DNA from: Psammoneis japonica
Lineage: Eukaryota
Assembly (NCBI GenBank): GCA_008632985.1
Contig: QPGO01000029.1
Location: 508,874 to 572,873 of the forward strand
Direction of reading: 5' to 3'
Length of the DNA: 64,000 nt
Shown here: positions 24,271 through 35,104 of the stretch, piece after piece
Position numbering within the stretch: the first letter of the stretch is position 1
Layout: each line of letters opens with the position of its first letter
Notes under the pieces: generated by a model
What the model was told of the DNA's origin: nothing
What the model saw: the letters and a program-made list of their open reading frames with translations, nothing else
Database searches by the model: none
Translations under genes and position numbers: made by a program

Positions 24271-26276
24271 CCTTTTTTTTGTGATGTCAGATGAGAACAT
24301 CAATGCATGTGGGCAAAAGATCCCTGACACACTGATGTGCACCAAGCCAAATGGTTCAACAGCAATCACAATCTGTGGCTGCAATCGATTGATGAAAAGA
24401 TGAATGACAACTGTGATTTCAGATTGATCACATGAGGTGACCAACAACTGCAAGTTTGAGCTGGGGAACGGTGATGACATCCTCACCCAATGGCAGCCAT
24501 GGGACCATTGGGGTGGGTTCTGCAACCTTGAAAAGCTGGCCTGCAAGAACTTGAGAGATTGACGTGGTGCAACAAGGAACATGTCCAAGGGTTGCATGAG
24601 AGCAATGCATGGAGATTGGCACTTCATCCCAGTCCTTGCATTCATTGCAACACTGTTGATGCATGTGAAGTCAAGAGGTTGTGTGAGAGAATGAGGATCA
24701 AGGATCCAAGCCAGTGTTCCCAGCCTGGGGAATGGACAAGAAGGGCCTGTGGAGAGCCCTGTGGTGGTTGCAGAGCTGCCACAAAATGAAGGAGCTGCAG
24801 GTTGCACCAGATTTCTTGCAGATTCTCACTGTCATGCCTCATTTGGACATGCCAACAAGCAGTGGGCTTGCTGACTTTTCCATTGTTCTCATGACTGTGG
24901 TGCACACAAGTCTGCGAGCACCGCACTTGTCTCCAATTTGGATGGCCTGCCGTGCATCTGCTGATGAGTGTGCACATGCTGTCAGCATCGTGTTTTTTTT
25001 TCATGACAGGCACAGAATTGCCAAAATGACATTTTGATTGTCAAGCAAGGCAGGCAACAGTTTTGTTGACAACACACAATGCACCATGTGTGACTTTCAG
25101 CTGGGAGTGATGACACGTGTCCCAGCCAGCACACATTGACACGGCAACACACCATTGGATCTGTCATGCCAAATTGGTCTGCTGCACTGCAACTCATTGC
25201 TTTAGAAGCCTTGTGCTTGTTGATTTTTTGGCCAACAACACTGCAGCTTTGTTTTTTGTTCCTCTGTTGACTGCATGATGCAGTGCGTGCAACGTGCTTT
25301 GTGATCGGACAGCGCGGGAAATCAGGCCATGCAATGGATGGGAGCTCCAAGCCACTGGTGACCAGATCTGTGAACAGCTGCCAAGCTCACTCCAAATCCA
25401 TGCTCAGATGGTTTGGAGCAGCTGTCCTTCCTTGAAACTGTGTGTTGTTGACACCTGAGCTGAATTTGCCGCCTGTGGGCACCTTGGCCGGTGAACCACC
25501 CTCCTCCTTTCCTCAAACCAGCAAACGGCAATGGGGTCGGCATTGATTTTGCACTGCTCTTTTTCTGAGCTGAAGTTGCACCAGAGGGTCTGGTGGTTTC
25601 ACTCCAGTTTGGCAGATCTTCGGCTGCATTGTTGTCATTGTCCAACTCGCCACCCTGGCTGTGTCAGCTGCAGAGCGGCCTGAAAGTCTGCTGTCTCCAG
25701 CAAAGACTCGGCGGGAGCAAATTCACTGGTTGTGTCAGCTCCTGACCACTCCAGCAATTTGTCATCTTCCAGGATGCCTTCATCACATGCAGAGCACAAA
25801 TCATCACTGTTCTTGCTCTTGTGGGTGCACTCCACAACAACCGATCCATCGTCAGTGTCAAAAACAAAGCCACACCTTGAGCTCCAAGCTGCAAAACACC
25901 ATGTCATGCTGGCATGGCATCTTCCTCATTTTCATCACTTCAAAAATGCCAGAGTGTCAGTGCGAGTGCAGGAGAATGCAACAAAGCAAGAACGGCTTAA
26001 ATGTGCTATGTTTTGGTTGCCCTGCGGTGTTTTGCATTTTTCGATGCTGTTTCATGCAATGTGCTGAGAAAAAAGCAAAAAAAAAACGCGTGTTCCGAAG
26101 TACGAGCTATGCAAGCTGTTATTCTCGCTCCGTATGAACGTCGTTCCAGTTCTGCGGCATTCTACGGCCTTCGCCGCGAACAAATCTTTCACAAAGACGA
26201 ACGCCATTGCCGATCGCCATTGCCGATCGCCGCTGCGCTGCTTTTGCCATCGATTGGTTGGTCACATTGCAACATC

Positions 26277-27226
26277 ATGTTTGGTAACGTTGAAGCTGTC
26301 GGAAATAGCATTCTTGATATAGGCGCTGGTGGTAGCTCCGCAGTCAAGCCTCAGCCGATGATGCTTGGAGAACCCGGGGCGTTTGACATTCCTAATGTTT
26401 CAGATGTGAGTACTACGTTGTGTTGTTTCTTATCAGTGCCGATTGTAGCTTCCTCTTTTGTTTGTATGTGGGCGACTCACCTGTAACGCCTCGTAAATAC
26501 ATGCTTATTGTACAGCCAGCTCGTTACTGCCGCTCCAACACGGCGTCTGCGTCGGGCAACAAGGACTCGGCGCAAGAAGTCAAGTTTGCCAAAGGTACCA
26601 CGACGCTCGCCTTCAAGTTCAACGGCGGAATCATTGTATCGGTAGATTCTCGTTCCACCATGGGAAATTACATTTCCTCCGGTACAGTCAAGAAGATTAT
26701 CGAGATTAATCCCTTTCTGTTGGGAACCATGGCTGGCGGTGCTGCTGACTGCTCCTTTTGGGAGAGGAACCTCGGTGTACAGTGCCGCATGTACGAACTC
26801 CGCAACGGACGTCGCATCTCTGTGGCGGCAGCGTCCAAGCTGCTTGCAAACACCATGAATGCCTACAGGGGTTATGGACTCTCCATGGGCACCATGATTA
26901 CCGGTTGGGACGAGACCGGACCCCAGCTCTATTATGTGGACAATGACGGTACACGCCTCAAGGGAAAGTACTTTAGTGTCGGATCCGGTTCGACCTATGC
27001 CTACGGTGTGCTCGACACGGATTATCGAGAGGATCTTACGGTGGAAGAGGCCATTGACCTTGGAAAGCGCGCTATTTACCATGCCACTCATCGGGACGCG
27101 TTCTCTGGCGGCATCAACAATCTCTACCATGTCACCAAGGAGGGATGGGTAAAAGTTCACGCGATTGATGTCAATGACATGCACTATGAGTTTGCGGAAG
27201 AAAGGGCAGCTCGTGCGGCAGCGTAA
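26277..27226 (+). CDS. PSMB5: 20S proteasome subunit beta type-5 (two exons: 26277-26405, 26516-27226)
   Basis: Propeptide cleavage motif [41 protein letters not shown]. Phase-0 GT...AG intron 26406-26515. Confidence 0.96.
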
Positions 27227-27363
27227 TGTGTTTGCGAGCGAAAACAGCACTGCTGTAGTAGTCGGCATTCATCATTTAGGACTTTCTGAATTAGTCGTAC
27301 AGCACCTATATCCCGCAGATTGTGTGTTTGTATTGGATGTTGTTGCATCTAGATATTATGTTG

Positions 27364-27531
27364 CAGTGTGTGATGCTCTCAAATAGTGCTGGACATTGCC
27401 TCAGAAAGAAGTTTACTGTCTAGCGCCTGTTTGGCGGCAAAGACAGTCAGTGTGTGATGCTCTCAAATCGTGCTGGACAGTGCCTCAGAAAGAAGTTTAC
27501 TGTTTAGCACCTGTTCGGCGGCAAAGACAGT
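27364..27531. repeat. Tandem duplication of an 84-bp unit
   Basis: CAGTGTGTGATGCTCTCAAAT...GGCGGCAAAGACAGT at 27364-27447 and 27448-27531, with a few mismatches. Confidence 0.9.
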
Positions 27532-28353
27532 CTTTTGTTGCACTGCAAGGAACTGACAGGGGGGATGAGGGGCTTCAAAAATGGACTGGGGGCAACTGCG
27601 AAGATTTCCCCAAGAGGGGTCAGAAGTCCCAAGGGCGGGCTGTGCGAGCTGGCCTCAACACTGAAGAAGCAACACAAGTGCTGCCATTCCTTCTTTCTCT
27701 GGGAATCTGTTTTTGTGCACATTGACTGCCAGTGCAGCAGCAACTGCATGGCAGATTTCAATGAGGAGGCTGGTGCTCTGACAAAACTTCCTTCTTTTGC
27801 TCCTCTTTTTCTCACGACTCTTTTGCCCCAAGCTTCTTTTTTGAGTGCCCTCCAGAAGCACCCCCCACTCTGTTTGTTGGGCAGTGCACATTTGTTTTGC
27901 CCCCCCCCCCCCCCCTCTCTCTCTCTCCCTCTCTGTCAGAATTTCAGCTTGCGCGCCCGGTGCTGCCGTGGCTCAGCAGCCATCACACAGCGACGGCCAA
28001 GAACTCAAAGTGACAAAGGGGTCACTTCAAGAAGGGCAACTTGGCACAGCAGCAGTGAAAATCAGCAGCAGCTCAAAACAGAGCCAGCGCAAGCACCAAG
28101 CCGCTGGCTTTCTCTCTCAGCATGTTGTTGCCCCTGCTGCTCTTGCTTGTCTGGGTGCCACCAAGTTGTGCCACAAAAGCAGCAACACCTTGACTCTTTT
28201 TGAAAGCATTAACTTTGTCATGTTGTAGGACCAAGCAAGGTGAAACTTAAACTGACTGCTTTTGTTTTAGTTCCACATTGTGCAATGCAATGAAACTTTT
28301 CTTTACACTTCATTTAACAAAATAATTGCCCTCTTCTCAACCAGCAAAACATC

Positions 28354-28424
28354 GCGGCTATGGTGTAGTGGTAACATAAATGCCTTCCAAGCATTTGCCA
28401 TGGGTTCGATTCCCGTTAGCCGCA
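28354..28424 (+). tRNA. tRNA-Gly (anticodon UCC)
   Basis: Acceptor stem GCGGCTA/TAGCCGC, D-loop TAGTGGTA, anticodon arm AATGC-CTTCCAA-GCATT, T-loop GGTTCGATTCC, downstream T-run. Confidence 0.95.
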
Positions 28425-30322
28425 CTCGTTTTTAGGCGGCTGTGCTTTTTTATTATTTTCGCTTTTCATCGTACGTGCGTTGTGCGTGCATGCATTGGCG
28501 ATTCAAAATCCACTCGAGCGAGCGAGCGAGCGAGCGAGCGCGATCCAAGAAACTTCTTCCTTCCTTGCTTTCCCTTGGTCAATTGGCCAACGCAACCTCA
28601 ACACATCAAACACAAAATGAACATCATGCATGTGTTCGAGTCTCGACACGATTTGTTGTTGCGTCCACTGCGTTCACTGTGTTCATTGCGTTCATTGCGC
28701 TCTTCATTCTGAGTTCGACAGGCCCCATGTTTGGCAGAATGAATCTGCATGATGCGACACACTTTGCAAGTTGCAAGTGAGGACTTTTTGGAGCCACTGT
28801 CTGCTGTCTCTGTGCAATGTTGATTTGTCTCCTGTTCGGCATTTTGCAGCAGAAGCGCCGGCATGTGCCGCAAACGAAACGCTCGAAAAACGGCAAGGCA
28901 ACGACGTTGTGCAATGTCTTGCTGTTTGTCATGGGCATCTTGTGCCATTTGCTTTGTTTGCATTTTTGTGCATGTGTGTTGTTGCTTGTGTGTTGATGTG
29001 CTTTGAGATGCACCACTTGCTTCGATTGACATTTCGTCATTTGCCGAGCCGTTTTTTGTGCGAACATGGTGAGCATGTGTTGTGCAACATGCAACGAATC
29101 ACGAGGACAACGAATGAATTTTGTGCATCTGACAAAAGTGCTCTTTCTTTCTTTTGCAGACAATCAATGACACTGGTCCAATTCTGTCCTCCAATGACGC
29201 CGCTCTGACTGAAGCTCTGCACGTGTTGATGATGGTCCAAGCCCAAGTCCATCCTCCAAGAACGACAAGAAAAGCTGCGTCATGTGACAATGTCGACGAA
29301 CGGCACTGACAAAGCAGTGTCTTCATTTCTGCATCTTTCTGTGCCATCGGATCTACAGAGAAAGGCCGCCGAACGACTCGCACCTTGCCAATCCAGGGTT
29401 GTTGTCACAGGTCCACAGCAACTTCAAAAGCACCTTCCTCAAGACATGCCTCTTCACACCCCGCTTCTGTGGCAGAGTTTTAGAGAGTTGGACACTGTCC
29501 GACAATGCATGGGCGTTGCTGATTTTTCACAGACCTTGTTTGTCGCATTCGGCCATCTCATGCAATGCAAACAACAGTGCAACATCTTGTTGTGTTTTGC
29601 GAGTTCAAGAGTGACAAGATGTGAGAATGCCGACAAAAAACCGGCAGTGCGAGGACAGACCATCCGTGACTGATCAGGCGGGATTGATGCTTGCACGAAA
29701 TTGGCGCGCCGGAATTCCGCGGTCATCAATCTCAGAATCGACAAAAGGAAGGCGACTGTTGCATCGAGCAGCTTTGTTTTTTGACTGCTCTTTGAAAGGT
29801 GAGCATTTGTCTCCATTCACATCAATGTCTTGTGTGGTTTGTACATTGAGCATGATTTTCACTTCTCGTTTTTGGTTTGTCGTCGTGCCGATCATTTGAA
29901 CGCAAGAGTCGACGACTCCATCGGCACACGAGGTGCATCCGACGTCAATTGACTCGTCGTGACAGTGTCACACCAACAACGTTTTCCCCAGGTGAGCATT
30001 GAATCGACAATGCTGCTCTTCAATGATTTCCTCTTTGTGGAACAATGTGTTGCTCATTGACTGCTTTGTTTGGTGCTGACTGGTTGTTGGATCGATGTCG
30101 TTCAGCGTGTCGGAAACGATCGCACTGCAATGCAACGAGCACGCTACACTCGACTCCGCATTGGTGGAAGTGCACCTGTCGCTGTCATTCGGCACGGTGA
30201 GTGCAAAACCACATTGTTGTTCATGTTGCGCTCTTTTTTGTTTCTGGTTTGTTTCTGACAATCCATTGTTTGCTGTGGTGATGCCGAAGGATTCGCACTG
30301 CAGCTGGGTGTGTCGCATCACC

Positions 30323-32977
30323 ATGCCTCCCAAGCTGCACAAGCCCCTGGACAAAGGACAAAGGACTGTTGGCACCTTTTTTAGTCCCCTGGCCACTGCT
30401 CATGCAGCAGCTGGCGTCACAAGAAAGTTCAGGACTGCTGCCAGGACTCCTGCCATTGCGCTCCCAGTGAAGCGAAAGGTGGCCGAGACACCCGCGAGAG
30501 AGAAGTCCAAAGCTCCCAAATTGACCAAGCAAGCCACACTGCCTGTTGCTTCTTTCTTCCAATCACCACCGCCCGCCAGAGCCATTGATGCCCCCTCTCC
30601 AGTTTCGACTGACACTGACTTGCTTGCTGCCAACACTGCAGCCACCGACACCGACTCGTCTGCTGCCAGCACCGCAGCCACCGACACCAACTCGCCCACC
30701 GGTGCTGCCAACGTTGCAGCCACGGACACCGACTCGCCTGCCACTCACTCCTCAGTCACCACTGACACCGACTTGCTTGCCTCAAACAAGGATGACAACT
30801 GTGATGGCAAACAGCCATTTTACACCAAGGAAGAAAAGGAGCTTCTGGAACTAGAGAAGAAGCTGCAGGGACAAGAGCCCTTTGCTGACGACATGTCCGA
30901 TGGTCAGAAGGAGAAGTGCAATCGACATTTCGTGATGAAGATTGGTGGCGACCCAACGGCACGGAAGATTGCCAAGCCATTTGCTGAAAAGGCGTTCAAA
31001 ATCTTGAAGGAATCCTTGGAATTTGAAGATCCAAATGGACATCATTCACAATTTCTTGCATCTACGAAAAATGCCACCACGTGGGGTGGGACTCATGCTC
31101 GAATGGACCCAGAGCTTGAGCAAGTGCAAGGTGTGGGTGTGAGCACCAATTTTGTCAATCGCCGAAAGTGTCGGATTGAAAATGCAGGTGTCATCCCGGA
31201 GCAGTTTCGGGTTCTAGTGTCCCTTGATTTGATTGACGTTGAGGTCGAGAAGGAGCTTGTTCGCAATGTTGTGGATCCATTCATCAAGGCCATGGCAACC
31301 AATGAACTACTTCATCCATGTCAACGATTGTTTCATCAGCAGATTCGTGATCGTGGTGGCAATGTCCTTGGTTTCAAGAGGCAGGCACTGTTCCAATTGG
31401 TCGAGACAGGCATTCAGCTCCACTGTGGCTTGTTGAGCACACAAGAGCTGGCAATGTTTGATCATCAAGTTGCAAACAACTGTTGCACAATGGCGAGTGG
31501 CAGCTCGGAACGCATCTTTTCAGATTTACAACCGGTCGTGCGGTTTGCCAAATTCAACAATGCCAAGGTGTTTGTTCGTGCAATTGGTTCTTGGAAGCCT
31601 GGCCACAATGGCATGTCGAGCAACTGTGAGACAACCAATTGTGTCGTGGGACAAGAGCACATGTGGAGCGACACAATTGGCTTTCCTGCATTTGAGAATG
31701 CAAAGGGTGCGGATCAAATCTTTTCTGCCACCCACTCACCAGAACAGCGGGCAGGCGGGGACGCAGAAATGGACTCGGCTGTTGACGAGGTCGAAAGCCA
31801 CATTTGTGGCATTGGTGTTGTTGATGCGAACCACATTGTTTGCGTCAAGGATGAGGTGTTGTTGGAGAAGTTTGTCAAACGTGGCTACGAGTTGGCACGC
31901 CGGGAGGTTGACAATGAAATGATGGTTCTGGTCCATCCATCCAGGCCCCATGCATTTTTGATCAACCGACCCTTGTGTTTTGCCAGCGACAGTCGCAGCG
32001 AGATTCCCATGGCATGCAGAGCTCGTTGTGCTCTCAGCGCTGCTACGCTCACTAATGTTTTTCGATGCATCCGAGACGAGGAACCGCTCTGCCCGACCGA
32101 CGACTGTGTGAACCCCATCAACGCGATCCTTTCTTTCCAGACTGGACGTCTGGGATGCCGCCAGCACCCATTTGCCTGCAGTGCAGCCTTCCGCGACCTT
32201 GTCACCATGGAAGAAGTCCATGCATTGAAGGACAATAATCTCCCCAAGATGGACCCCAATGATGCGTTGACGTGTCGGTCTCGGTGCTGCAGCAGGAGAT
32301 TCCCACCAGAGCTTCTAGAGGGAAAGCGTGAGAATGATTCATTGATCATGGCCAAGGCACGTTGTCTGATTAGTTTGGCAAAAGCTGGAGAGGAGCAACA
32401 AATGTGTTGTGCCTTTAGGGAACTGCTTGAGAGCGGGGTTGGTGAAAACAATTCCAAAGCTTTGAGCTTGCGATTCAGAGACTTTCTTGGATGCCACATT
32501 CTCCCAGACTCGGAGCTTGGTTCTATTCTGCAAAAGCATTGGAGAGAAACGGCGGGCAATTGCAGCAACACAAGTGGCAGCGGGCAAACCAAAGACGAAA
32601 AGACAGACAGAGATTCAAAGTTGAAGGATCTCATGGAACGGTTTGCACCAGGCGAGGACGGCAAGGCTGGAGAAATGTTTTGGACTCGAGAGGTTAGAGC
32701 GCCATTTCCACCTGCTCCCGCAGAAGGTGAGCCCAGTGATTTGCCGACAAGCAGCCCCAGCATCACATTTCTGGGCAACATTTTTGTTTGTCACGGTCAC
32801 ACTGAGGGTTCCATTCGTGGGCGTGCGAAGAACGTAGTCCGACAAGGCAGCACCAATCATGCAACGTCGGCTGATTGCAACGATGTGTCCATTGTTGCAG
32901 TGACGCATGCGGGGAAATCAATTGGGACAAAGCCTGAAGAGGAAGGCTGGATCCTTTGTCAATTCATCAAGAAATGA
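30323..32977 (+). CDS. Unknown ~885-aa protein, repeat copy 1 (frame open but TpA-eroded, so possibly non-functional)
   Basis: Long ORF (probable start MPPKLHKPL at 30323) with an N-terminal T/D/S/A-rich low-complexity segment, highly similar to 35105-37759. Confidence 0.6.
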   Translation: MPPKLHKPLDKGQRTVGTFFSPLATAHAAAGVTRKFRTAARTPAIALPVKRKVAETPAREKSKAPKLTKQATLPVASFFQSPPPARAIDAPSPVSTDTDLLAANTAATDTDSSAASTAATDTNSPTGAANVAATDTDSPATHSSVTTDTDLLASNKDDNCDGKQPFYTKEEKELLELEKKLQGQEPFADDMSDGQKEKCNRHFVMKIGGDPTARKIAKPFAEKAFKILKESLEFEDPNGHHSQFLASTKNATTWGGTHARMDPELEQVQGVGVSTNFVNRRKCRIENAGVIPEQFRVLVSLDLIDVEVEKELVRNVVDPFIKAMATNELLHPCQRLFHQQIRDRGGNVLGFKRQALFQLVETGIQLHCGLLSTQELAMFDHQVANNCCTMASGSSERIFSDLQPVVRFAKFNNAKVFVRAIGSWKPGHNGMSSNCETTNCVVGQEHMWSDTIGFPAFENAKGADQIFSATHSPEQRAGGDAEMDSAVDEVESHICGIGVVDANHIVCVKDEVLLEKFVKRGYELARREVDNEMMVLVHPSRPHAFLINRPLCFASDSRSEIPMACRARCALSAATLTNVFRCIRDEEPLCPTDDCVNPINAILSFQTGRLGCRQHPFACSAAFRDLVTMEEVHALKDNNLPKMDPNDALTCRSRCCSRRFPPELLEGKRENDSLIMAKARCLISLAKAGEEQQMCCAFRELLESGVGENNSKALSLRFRDFLGCHILPDSELGSILQKHWRETAGNCSNTSGSGQTKDEKTDRDSKLKDLMERFAPGEDGKAGEMFWTREVRAPFPPAPAEGEPSDLPTSSPSITFLGNIFVCHGHTEGSIRGRAKNVVRQGSTNHATSADCNDVSIVAVTHAGKSIGTKPEEEGWILCQFIKK

Positions 32978-35104
32978 TGGACTTCATGGGTGGAACAATG
33001 TAGGGTGACATTCCTTTAGACTAAATTTTGGGCGGTTGAGCTTTTGCATCATACTTAGGCGGCTGTGCTTTTTATTATTTTTGCTTTTTGCAGTTCGTGC
33101 TGCACGCGTACGTGGTCGGGATGGCGGAAGGACGCAGAAAACCAAGGGAAGCAAGGAATGCAGGATTTTTTGGATTGTTTCACATAAGTTTCTGCCACCA
33201 TCATCAAGCGATGTGCGTCGCCTATCTTCCTTTACAGTAGCCTTAGGGTTGCCTGTTGCTCGGCACACTTGTGCTGACTGTGACAATGTGTGTATCCTCC
33301 ATCCATCTGTCTTTGCTGAAGCAGAGCTGCTGTTAGTGGTCAAGTGCTATATTGTCATTTGCAAGATGATTCTGAAACGACACAAGTCAGTAGAAGCGAC
33401 ATCCGAATTCTTATGGCGTCTATTTTCCTTTCTATGGATTGATCGTATCGCATCTGGTGAGCATTTGATGCGTGCTCTTTTGAACTTTTGTTGTCACTCC
33501 AGCACTCCATTCTTTACTTGCATTGTTTTCTCTTACGCTCTTTATTTCTTTTCTTCAGATTATGCCAACAGGAAACGACATACGCCATCCCTTGTTGACA
33601 GACAAGATGAAATAACTATTGTATTCATTGAGTCTCCACACGCTTTTTGCTGTGTGTTGGTATTTATGCTCTTTGGTTTTGCTGAAGATCAGCGTTGCGA
33701 CTTTGGGTATGGCAATAATTCGTTTTGGTGGCTTGAGACAGAGAGACATCCTTTTCTGCCATAGTTACCGGTCTAAAGTCATTAGCGAGAACGAGTGGTA
33801 TTGAAGAGAACAATCTCTCCATCTGCTAGCTACCGGTGGATTGTGGATTGCTGTGTTTGTATTATTGGTAAGCGACGCACCATTTCACTCTCGGCATCAT
33901 TTCGTCATTTCAATAGCTACTTGTCTCACACTCTGTCTATTCTGTTTTTATCAACATTATCAGAGGGGAGACGAGCATCGTGCCTCAATGTCTGCAAAAT
34001 GGTCACCTGCGCAATGTCGACGAACGGCACTGACAGAGCGGTGTCTTAATTTCCGTGTCTTGTTGTTCATTTCGATCTACACAGAATGGCCACCGAACGA
34101 CTCGTACCTTACCAATCTAGGGTTGTCGTCATAGGTCAAGACTTTGTGGTGACGAGTGTCAGCGAGTTACAGAAACTGCAGACGCACCTCGCGGCGTGCC
34201 GGCCCAAGACGAAGCCATCACTCATTTCATTCGAAGCACAGTCGTATTCGTTAACCAGAACGCACGGCATTCACACCAAGCAATCTCCCTGTCTGCTGTA
34301 AATTATGGAAAACTCTGTATTATTGGCAAGTTGATTACCATCTACAAGAAAGATGCTTTCTCTCACGGCATCGCATCGTTTACTTGATTGTTGCTGCTTG
34401 TCTCACTGTGCTTTGGATTCTCTATCATTGGGGCCTAAAGCCTGGCCACTGGTGCTGCAGTGGAGAGTGGGAGAGCCACAGCAGTCAATGCAATTAATGA
34501 ATGCTCGATTGTGCTCGCTGGCAAGTGTCAGTGCCATAGGTGTGCTCGCCTATCTACTCTCTACTCTCTAGCTAGTAGAGACAGTGTCTCCGCACCTCCG
34601 ACTCACGATTGACTCTCACGACTGAGAGATGAAAGATACGAATCACATGTCCAGAATGTATATGTTCAATACAGAGTGGCATTTTTTCGGCGCGTTTCGC
34701 CTCATTGATCAAACAAAAAACAAAGCGAGACATCACTCTACTCTCGTTATTGCACTTGCTTTTGGTGCGGCATTCCTTCTTTACCTCGTTTCATTTTCCT
34801 CATTCCGCTGTCGATGTGTGATGCTGGTGCTCACATTGGTTGTTACTTGTTGTTTGTTTCGCCATCTCAATGGTGACAGGAGACGAGTGCGAGATGCGAA
34901 GCTCTTCGTGCAGCTCGGCATTGGAGGCTGTGCACCAATCGCTGGCATGCGACACGGTGAGTGCTCAATCACATTGTCATTCATGCTGAATTCTTCTTTT
35001 GTCTCTGATGTTCATCTGGTCATTCGTCATTCTCATTGTTTGTCATGTCGTTTGCTCTTGTGATGCCGAAGGATTCGCGCCGCAGCTGCATGTGTCGCGT
35101 CATC

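Noticed and set aside
26477..27268. 263-aa minus-strand ORF
   Set aside because: Antisense shadow of PSMB5.
30323..32977. Triplicated ORF as the mutator enzyme
   Set aside because: No deaminase (HxE...PCxxC), methyltransferase or polymerase motif is recognisable, and the ORF is itself eroded.
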